Origin: Promethearchaeota archaeon
GTDB lineage: Archaea > Asgardarchaeota > Lokiarchaeia > Sigyniarchaeales > SOKP01
Assembly (NCBI GenBank): GCA_030603385.1
Contig: JAUVXW010000039.1
Span: forward strand, 1-37,116
Direction: 5' to 3'
Length of the DNA stretch: 37,116 nt
How positions within the stretch are numbered: position 1 is the first letter of the stretch; every line of letters starts with the position of its first letter. Both the position numbers and the translations under genes were made by a program. Shown one piece after another: positions 29,677-37,116 of the stretch. The notes beneath the pieces are model-generated. The model had not been told where the DNA came from. It ran no database searches and saw nothing but the letters and a program-made list of their open reading frames with translations.

Positions 29677-30161
29677 CTCGTAGAAAGAAAGTAATGTATG
29701 AAGAAGATCTTCATGAAATTTTTTATAGATGTCCTTATTTAATTATAAATAATCCTGATTCTATAATAAAAACTATACATGAATATCAACTAGATTCTAA
29801 TTCTATACCAGATATTTACATTGAAACTGTTACTGAAAGATATTTTTGTGAAGTAAAAATAACTAAACTTAAGGAGAAAGATCTTTACCAAGCAATACGC
29901 TATTTAACCACCATTCAGAACCTTAAAGGAAAAGAAAATGAAAAGAATTTTTTTGTTATTTTAATCGGAATGAATATTTCTAATCAACTAAAAGAAAAAG
30001 CAAAAAAGAAAAACATTAAAATAATGATTATTGGTAAAGAAATTCCAGATTCTATTAAAATATGTAAAAATTGCCGAAAAGCATATGATTATAAGAATAC
30101 AAATTGTCTCTTCTGTGAGTCAAAGGAATTATTAGAGATTATAAATTTAAAATATCCGTAG
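29673..30161 (+). CDS. PD-(D/E)XK (NucS/Mrr-like) nuclease with C-terminal zinc ribbon
   Basis: E-x-x-L, PD...EVK, Q-x-x-RY, ILIG, CKNC...CLFC. Confidence 0.7.
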   Translation: MTRRKKVMYEEDLHEIFYRCPYLIINNPDSIIKTIHEYQLDSNSIPDIYIETVTERYFCEVKITKLKEKDLYQAIRYLTTIQNLKGKENEKNFFVILIGMNISNQLKEKAKKKNIKIMIIGKEIPDSIKICKNCRKAYDYKNTNCLFCESKELLEIINLKYP

Positions 30162-30252
30162 AAATGAAAATTAAATGATTAATACTTATTTTAGGTCATT
30201 TTTTAATATTACTTAGGCTTAATAAATTCTAAATTATCCAAAGTTTTTAATT

Positions 30253-31271
30253 ATGACAATCATCCCACAGAGACTGTTTTTAGAAATCACAACCGAATGT
30301 AATTTAAGATGTAAATTATGTAAATCGTGGGAGCAGAAAGATCCATCAAATAAATTAAATTTAGCAAATAAACTAATTTTTTTAAAGGAGTTTATAAAGT
30401 GGTTAGATAAATCTAACGAATCCTATAAAAATTTGCTCAATGTTATTTTAACTGGGGGGAGCCTTTTCTTTATCCTGACCAGATTTTTGAAATTGCTAAA
30501 ATTTGTGACGATAATGTTATAAAATGCTATGTGATTTCAAATGGATCATTAATAGCTCATAAATTTGATGAGATCCTAAATTCTGGGTTAAGTGCATTAA
30601 CACTCTCAATAGATTCTCATCTTGCTAAGACTCATGATTATTTAAGAGGAGAACCGGGATTATTTAATAATTTATTAACAGTTATAAGAGAATTAAAATC
30701 TAAAAAGGATGAAAATAGTTATCCAATAAAGATTTGTGTTCAAAGTATTCTAGGCGACTGGAATTTAAACTCATTGCCTACTCAAATTAAATTTTTTAAA
30801 GATTTGGGCTTAGATGGAATAATGTTTCAGCCGATACAATATCCTTTTGGATTCTTAATTCCAGAAGATTGGCACAAAAAATATGATAAATTTCCACATT
30901 CAGAGGAGGAAATTCAAAATGCAATCAATTACCTTTTAAAATTAAAACACCGAGATGGCTTTATTATGAACTCAAAAGAAGAAATCGAGTTATGGCGGTA
31001 TTACTTCAAAGATCCAGAGTATATATCAGACACATTTAACCCTTGCAGAGCGTTTGAACAAAATTTAATTGTAGATGTTTGTGGGAATGTGAAATTCTGT
31101 TTTAGTAGAGAAATAGAGCCCAAAAACAAGATTGGAAATATCACAACTACCTCGATCGATGATATTTGGAATGGGAAAACTGCTTTACAAGAAAAAGCAG
31201 AAATGAGATCATGTATTCGTGCATGTGGTATCATGGCATGCCATATTGATATAAATTTAAGAGAAAAATAA
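30253..31271 (+). pseudogene. radical SAM / SPASM-twitch protein split by a frameshift in a G6 run
   Basis: CNLRCKLC in ORF1; one extra G at 30454-30459 restores TGGEPFL and joins ORF2 (SNG, SIDS...HDYLRG, C...GNVKFC...IGN...C-x-x-x-C). Confidence 0.85.
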
Positions 31272-31281
31272 GTGATATCAT

Positions 31282-32001
31282 ATGAAAAATGAGAAAATTC
31301 CTGTATCGGTAATTGTTCCGACTTATAATAGGATTTTACAATTATTTCGATTATTGAAAAGTCTAGATAAGCTAAATCCAATGCCCGATGAAATAATAAT
31401 AGTTGATGATAATTCGACTGATGGTACAGGCAAATTGCTTTACAAATGGAAAAGAATCAAGAGAGACTATCATAAGGAGATAATTCTAAAGACCAAAAAT
31501 AAAGGACCTGCTGATTCAAGAAATTTAGGGATTTATCAATCAAGAAATGACTTGATAGCTTTTACTGATGATGATGTTGTTGTTCATACCAAATGGATTA
31601 AAGGAATTACTTCAAAGCTTTTAAATCCTGATAAGAAGGTAGTGGGCGTCGGTGGTGTCGTTAAATCGATTAATAACGATATACTCAGTAAATATTATGT
31701 AGAACATAAGATTCTTGAAGCACCAAGACAATTAAATTATTTACCAACTGTAAATTGCTGTTTTAAAAAAAATACTTTAATTAAAAGTGGAGGTTTTGAT
31801 ATTTCATTCTCTTTTGCTGGGGGTGAAGATACAGATTTATGTCTTAGGTTAAAGAATAAAGGATATCATTTTGTGAAGGAGAACAAAGCAATTATTTATC
31901 ATGATTTTTCTTCTAATTTTCTTAATTTTTGTAGAATGTGGATAAGATATGGCAAAGGAACTCAAATGGCAATAATAAATTCAAGGAGAATTTTCGCATG
32001 A
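31282..32001 (+). CDS. family 2 glycosyltransferase
   Basis: VSVIVPTYNR, VDDNSTD, GPADSRNLG, AFTDDD, GGFD...GGEDTDL. Confidence 0.9.
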   Translation: MKNEKIPVSVIVPTYNRILQLFRLLKSLDKLNPMPDEIIIVDDNSTDGTGKLLYKWKRIKRDYHKEIILKTKNKGPADSRNLGIYQSRNDLIAFTDDDVVVHTKWIKGITSKLLNPDKKVVGVGGVVKSINNDILSKYYVEHKILEAPRQLNYLPTVNCCFKKNTLIKSGGFDISFSFAGGEDTDLCLRLKNKGYHFVKENKAIIYHDFSSNFLNFCRMWIRYGKGTQMAIINSRRIFA

Positions 32002-32252
32002 CAAAGTCTTACTTAGTATTAGAAACAAAAAAAGGTGAAATCTGTAATTCTTGGGAACAATGTATTATAGCTCCTAAGTTTACACTGAAGAATTTTACTG
32101 GAGAATTACACTACTACTTAAGAGTCTACTTAAGTAAGAAGAAATCCTTCACAAAAATAATGATGTTCCTTTTTTTGAATGCTGTTCAAAGAATTTTTTA
32201 TACAGTCGGTACTAATATTATAAACATTAGATATAAGACGTTTAAAAGATAA
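31998..32252 (+). CDS. small hypothetical protein coupled to GT2
   Basis: AGGAG RBS and ATGA overlap at 31998; hydrophobic C-terminal part. Confidence 0.5.
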   Translation: MTKSYLVLETKKGEICNSWEQCIIAPKFTLKNFTGELHYYLRVYLSKKKSFTKIMMFLFLNAVQRIFYTVGTNIINIRYKTFKR

Positions 32253-32254
32253 TA

Positions 32255-33994
32255 TTAGCTTTCTTCTTGATTCTTCATAAAATTTACTTTCAGAAATTCA
32301 TCAGGATAGTTAAGTGCATTGAAAAATAGTGGCGACCCCGAAAATGATAACGGAGAGATTGGGCCAATGGTCATAAAAGGATATTTTCTTTGTCCTAAAC
32401 CACTCTGAGGATCATTAAAATTTTGATATAACCTTATAGCTTCTCTGTTACCTCCTATAATTTCCTGGAGGGCGCGTAATTCAGTACCCCACCCAAGACC
32501 AAACCCAAAAGTAAAGACCCTTATTTGATTGATAATCTCACGGTGAAGGCTTGAAATTGTTTGACTAATAAACGTCCATCCAAGACCATATTTTCGAGTA
32601 GTCCTAACTGCATCAATAAATGTAGCTCTAATTCTATTTATATTCTCATTTTCTATTCTTTCCCTTGGTGCTAACCTATGCGCTTCGTCAACTACAACTA
32701 AAGAGTTTATATTGCCTCCTTGCCTAAATTTATTTTCTGCTTGTATTGTAATTTTACTTAGAAATTGATGAATCGCGATTAATTGAATTTCATCGTTCCA
32801 TAAGACATCCTGAGGTTTTTCCCTCGATGATAAATCAATTATAACTAAGGGATTTCCTTTTGATTCTTTTTCAAATAGAGTTGATAATCTCACACTATCT
32901 TTAGCCCTTTTAAAGCTAAACAAATTCGTAATACCCAACCATAAACCATACATACTTTCTTCATTGAGTGAAAGCCACACACTCTTTACTCTTTCTCTTG
33001 GTTCTTTTGTGAATATTATTCTCCCTAAAAACTGCTCATCGGGGATTAGATTCCATATTAATTTAAATGCATCTCTTCTATAATATTCCCAAGGTTTAAA
33101 TCCATCAAATATTTTGGTTTTAATATTAAGAACTCTAATAATTTCATCTACAAAACGAGGCCAATGTTCTTCATAATAGATTTTTAATCTATTAAAGAAA
33201 CCTGAAGCAATCAAAAGATCTTTGAATAAACCATCGGAATAATCAAGCACTAAATTTTGTATTGTATAGATTTTGATTTTTCTACCTATTTCTTTCTCAA
33301 TAATTTGTTTTAATTTTTCATTAGAAGAAAACTCAATAGAGAATTCGCCTTGAGGATCCAAAATAAAAATCGACATATTTTTATGTTTCGCATAACCACT
33401 CACAATCATTTTAGCTAGAACAGATTTACCAGAACCTGTTTTACCAAAAATACCAATATGATAAGCTTCGCCAATACCTTTCTTTCCAATGCCAAAATGT
33501 TTAAACCACATTGGAAGTTTTATGTTTGAACCATAAGCTTTTCCTAAGTAAAATAACTCTTCTTGGTAATCTTCTAATAAACTTTCCATTATTTCTTCAT
33601 CAAATAATTTAATGGAAGTTCCTGTTGCTGGTACTGTACCTAGTATACTAGGAACAAGATGTTGATCATTGTTAGCAAAAACAGAACTCACCATCATTTT
33701 AGCAATATGAAGATCTTGCCTTTCTGTGATTGGGTCAACTCTACCTTTTTGTCTAATTATACTTCTCATAGTTGGGTCCTGAGCCCAAATATTTCGCATC
33801 TCAATTTCAGATATTTGCCCTAGAGCATAATGTGCCATTCCGTCTTGCATAAATTTAAAAACACTTAACTTACCAACTAATTTTTTATTAACAGCAGTTC
33901 CGATTATATCAATCGTTAATTCTCCTGTTGAAGAGGGAGACCCAATTACTCCTATTCTTTCAGCCTTGTCTAACTTCTCATTAACATTGCTAAT
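32255..33994 (-). CDS. herA: HerA/DUF87 family ATPase with N-terminal HAS barrel
   Basis: GKTGSGKS, LDPQGEF, VVDEAH, RKYGLG-x-x-x-x-SQ; frame is open 48 codons upstream of the track ATG, to an ATT at 33994. Confidence 0.8.
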   Translation of the reverse strand: MSNVNEKLDKAERIGVIGSPSSTGELTIDIIGTAVNKKLVGKLSVFKFMQDGMAHYALGQISEIEMRNIWAQDPTMRSIIRQKGRVDPITERQDLHIAKMMVSSVFANNDQHLVPSILGTVPATGTSIKLFDEEIMESLLEDYQEELFYLGKAYGSNIKLPMWFKHFGIGKKGIGEAYHIGIFGKTGSGKSVLAKMIVSGYAKHKNMSIFILDPQGEFSIEFSSNEKLKQIIEKEIGRKIKIYTIQNLVLDYSDGLFKDLLIASGFFNRLKIYYEEHWPRFVDEIIRVLNIKTKIFDGFKPWEYYRRDAFKLIWNLIPDEQFLGRIIFTKEPRERVKSVWLSLNEESMYGLWLGITNLFSFKRAKDSVRLSTLFEKESKGNPLVIIDLSSREKPQDVLWNDEIQLIAIHQFLSKITIQAENKFRQGGNINSLVVVDEAHRLAPRERIENENINRIRATFIDAVRTTRKYGLGWTFISQTISSLHREIINQIRVFTFGFGLGWGTELRALQEIIGGNREAIRLYQNFNDPQSGLGQRKYPFMTIGPISPLSFSGSPLFFNALNYPDEFLKVNFMKNQEES

Positions 33995-34005
33995 TTTTAA
34001 TCACC

Positions 34006-35142
34006 TCATTTCCCCCAATCAGTACGATATCCATGTAAGGCAAAATAAATATTCGCTTCTGCACCTTCCCACTTTAAAGTCATATCTTGAGTTGCTGTTC
34101 TTCTAATTGCTGGTAGAGCTTTTCTTAGATGTTTAACCATTCTATCTGCGAAATATAATGGATAAGGTTCTATAATCCCTGGAACACCACATTGTAATTT
34201 TATAGATTCAAATAACTTTGCTAACCTATAATTATTCGTTGCTATAGAAGGAGCAATTTCCACTCTTAATACAGGAAAAAATTCAGAAGGTCTATAATAA
34301 ACCATATGGACTTCATTTAATGCATTTAAGATCTTTTTGAATTGTTCTATTGTATCAGATGGCAAGTATTCTAGAATCCTTTTTGATATTGGTTTTTCAA
34401 TTTTCATAGGCCCCACAAATTCACCTGCTTTTAATATAAATGAGAGTAACCCACGATCTTCAAATCCATCCAAATTTAAAATGGTTTGAGATATTTGATT
34501 TATAGTAGTATATTTAGGTACACCTGTGAATATTTGGTCTGTTTTTTTAGAAATAAGTATTTTTTCATACGAATTCATTGCAGGTTTTAATATTTTAAAT
34601 AGTACATCCATTATTTCCTTCACTGGCTTAATGTTAGGATTTAAAGCTTGAGTTAATTTTATAAAAGGCGTTATTAATGAACCATCGATAAATACTACAT
34701 CGTGAGGTGCATTTCCAGCCAAGAGTAATTCCATACACATCATTATTGCTCTTGAAATCATAGTTGTATTATCATTATGGGGTAGAGTTAGAACGTTAGA
34801 GTTATGATATGGTGCTGACCAATGTCTAACTTCAGTTGGAGGCGCTAATCCTTCAACTGCTACACCAGCAATGCCAACTATATCTGTAGAGAGTAATTTC
34901 TCTATAGCGAAAGCTCCATCTACACCACAAGTTGTTGGATGAGATGGCGTTAATGTAATTTCAGAATCTCTTCTTAATAAATCTTTATCTTTTAATGTAT
35001 CTCTCGCTAGTTTTTTAAGATTTAATAGATTTTGAAAGGTAATTGACAATTTTTTGCTTATTCCATCGCATTGAATTAACATATCCTCAACAAGAGCCTC
35101 AGGTAATTCTTTAAAAGGAGTTTTTAAAATACTTCTCGACAT
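34006..35142 (-). CDS. nurA: NurA family nuclease
   Basis: GVDGA, FIDGSL, PYPLYFAD-x-x-VK; adjacent to herA. Confidence 0.85.
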   Translation of the reverse strand: MSRSILKTPFKELPEALVEDMLIQCDGISKKLSITFQNLLNLKKLARDTLKDKDLLRRDSEITLTPSHPTTCGVDGAFAIEKLLSTDIVGIAGVAVEGLAPPTEVRHWSAPYHNSNVLTLPHNDNTTMISRAIMMCMELLLAGNAPHDVVFIDGSLITPFIKLTQALNPNIKPVKEIMDVLFKILKPAMNSYEKILISKKTDQIFTGVPKYTTINQISQTILNLDGFEDRGLLSFILKAGEFVGPMKIEKPISKRILEYLPSDTIEQFKKILNALNEVHMVYYRPSEFFPVLRVEIAPSIATNNYRLAKLFESIKLQCGVPGIIEPYPLYFADRMVKHLRKALPAIRRTATQDMTLKWEGAEANIYFALHGYRTDWGK

Positions 35143-35357
35143 TAAACAAATCTCAACTCATTGAATTATTTCTTAAAATTTCTTAATTATATTGTACATT
35201 TAGGTAAAAATAAATGTTATTTAATTTAGGCTGAAACAGATGAAAATAATTATTTTCAAAAGTATAATAATTAGAATTTAATCAAAAAGGAGTATATTAT
35301 ATGAATATTAAATTCAACTAAATTAATTTTCTCATGTCATCTTCTAAGGTAATTTCA

Positions 35358-36008
35358 TTATTTTTTCCAAAAATCGACATTATCAATAGAATTTTTAACT
35401 ATAAGCCCCTTACGTTCTAATTCCTTTAATTTAAGTTGTAGATATTTGACGTCTGTTTCATCAGTTATTTCCAACATTTTTATAAGCTCACTTTTATTTT
35501 TACCCTCATTAGATATAACTCCTAAAATATCATCACCAGTTATATTAAAACCATATCCTTCTGGTAAAACTAACTTTTTCACTGGTTTTTTCTCCTTAGT
35601 TTTTCCTTTTACCCTTAGATCGAATGTAAACTTACATTTGGGATACCCACTACAGCCATAGAACATCCCATAAGTTCCAGTCAGTTCTTTCATGATTCTC
35701 CCACATTTTGGACAGGAAATATTATAAGGATCCTCGAAGTTCTGTGAGTAATTACATTTGGGATAACCATTACACCCAAGAAAAATCCCGTATTTTCCAA
35801 TGTATAATGCTAATTTTTTTCCGCATTTAGGGCATGAAGAAGGTGTGTTTGTGCCAATTTGTTTTGTCTCAGCTACATTTTTATTAGATATATCATGTGT
35901 ATATTTGCATTTGGGGTAATCCGTACAATCAAGATAAGTACCATAGGTTCCTTTTCTTATTTCTAATGGTTTACCGCATCTTGGACAAATATTTGGGCTT
36001 TCAGTCAA
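35358..36008 (-). CDS. protein with three topoisomerase-type C4 zinc ribbons and a C-terminal winged helix
   Basis: 3x CP-x-CG...G-x-YG-x-[FY]-x-x-C-x-x-YPKC; LKELERKGLI. Confidence 0.85.
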   Translation of the reverse strand: MTESPNICPRCGKPLEIRKGTYGTYLDCTDYPKCKYTHDISNKNVAETKQIGTNTPSSCPKCGKKLALYIGKYGIFLGCNGYPKCNYSQNFEDPYNISCPKCGRIMKELTGTYGMFYGCSGYPKCKFTFDLRVKGKTKEKKPVKKLVLPEGYGFNITGDDILGVISNEGKNKSELIKMLEITDETDVKYLQLKLKELERKGLIVKNSIDNVDFWKK

Positions 36009-36091
36009 ATTGGTTTAATCTCTCCCGAATTTCTTGGAACTATTAAAAATTTACATCTCGGATAGTTCGTACATCCTAAAAAAGCTCGCAT
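36005..36091 (-). pseudogene. half zinc-ribbon remnant
   Basis: MRAFLGCTNYPRCKFLIVPRNSGEIKPI*; its stop overlaps the TTG of the next gene. Confidence 0.6.
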
Positions 36092-36286
36092 TAGGCATAC
36101 ATATTTTCAATTAACCACAATTAAAAAATATAGACTTTTACTCTAAAATTAATAATATCATCAATTTAAATATATAACTCTAATTAATCAAAATTAAAAT
36201 ATTGTCAAGAAAATCATCGAACAATTAAATACTAAGAATCCCAAATTAAGATTAAATAACATCATAATTGTAAGGTGATAATAAAA

Positions 36287-36442
36287 TTGAAAGAATATAA
36301 GGTAGAAACGGTAGGAAAAGTCTACTCAAGTCCAAAACATGCAAAGGAATTCGAAAAGATCTTAAATGACCAGGCAGTCGAGGGATGGGAATTAAAATTA
36401 GTTGCTTCATTTTTTTTAGTCTTCGAAAGAGAGAAAAGCTAA
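36287..36442 (+). CDS. DUF4177-like small protein (51 aa)
   Basis: AGGTGA RBS, TTG start, KEYKV...FEKILND-x-A-x-EGWEL...VFERE; below the track length cutoff. Confidence 0.7.
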   Translation: MKEYKVETVGKVYSSPKHAKEFEKILNDQAVEGWELKLVASFFLVFEREKS

Positions 36443-36714
36443 AAAACGCAGCTATGATGTACCTACAACTAAATTATTAATCCTCACTTTTTCTTTTACC
36501 TAAAATATTTTTAAAAAGATCAAAAAAAAATTAGTTTAATTAATAGGCCCAGTTGAAAAATCTTCATCAAAATTTTGCAAAGAAATTACACCTCACCTTT
36601 CGAGAGGGGGATCGCGTTCTATTAAAAACCCATATTATATCTTAAAAAAAAAGGAAGAAAACAATCAAATAGAGTAACGAATTAAATTGTTTATATCAAA
36701 AGTGGTAATAAAAT

Positions 36715-36990
36715 ATGATTGAAAGAGAAATTGTAATTGGACTTGTAAAAGATGGAAATTTTTACACACGATCTCCTGAACCAGAAATTAGTGCCCCTAC
36801 CCTCTTAACTGAAATCAAAGTAATGGAGAGCATAGCACCTGAAGCTCGACAGTTGAATTTAACCGAATATGAGGGAAAAGCGATAGCCGTTCAAGGTCAC
36901 AATCAAGGGGATGTGATCTATGAGGCAGCTATTATTGATGTTGCGGGACCTATTCTTACTGTTTTAGTTAAGCAGGCAATGGGAGATTAA
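36715..36990 (+). CDS. hypothetical protein
   Basis: 91-aa ORF with GTGGT RBS-like sequence and protein-like composition. Confidence 0.6.
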   Translation: MIEREIVIGLVKDGNFYTRSPEPEISAPTLLTEIKVMESIAPEARQLNLTEYEGKAIAVQGHNQGDVIYEAAIIDVAGPILTVLVKQAMGD

Positions 36991-37116
36991 TATAGTATCT
37001 AGCGATTAGTATTGGTTTCATCCTTAGAAAAGAGGAGTCTTAGGATTCAGATGATTTTAGACTTTTTTATGAAAATTTTTATACTTCCGAGTTACTTATT
37101 TAATATTAAAGGATAT

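Noticed and set aside
11229-35661. Antisense/overlapping track ORFs (11229, 13864, 15784, 16845, 17283, 17800, 18476, 21193, 21450, 22607, 23706, 24895, 27357, 29010, 31001, 35446)
   Set aside because: Shadows of well-supported genes on the opposite strand, with no recognisable motifs.

Overview
Very AT-rich archaeal-type DNA. A Loki-CTERM-like sorting tail, a signal peptide/TM/longin-like membrane protein and AGGTGA ribosome-binding sites point to Asgard Lokiarchaeia (inference). The left ~13 kb is a dense array of small toxin-antitoxin cassettes (PIN/VapBC, HicBA, HEPN/MNT twice, DUF433/DUF5615, DUF2283, DUF6516/TumE-like). It is punctuated by 15 co-oriented copies of two boxes that share an 8-bp core: A = TCGGTTA-TTTCACGA and B = TAACCG-TTTCACGA. 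They form A-[usually 123-126 bp variable, hairpin-rich spacer]-B units between cassettes, and duplicated segments begin or end exactly at TTTCACGA. This suggests an integron-like, non-attC cassette-shuffling system whose recombinase is not in the window. Many toxins are broken while their antitoxins are intact. The middle (13.5-28 kb) holds redox/metabolic genes interleaved with more TA pairs. The right end has a ParA / HeH-domain / nuclease operon, a frameshifted radical SAM-SPASM + GT2 cluster, a stand-alone nurA-herA pair with an apparent ATT start, and a topoisomerase-type zinc-ribbon repeat protein. All family assignments come from motif recognition by eye, not from database searches.
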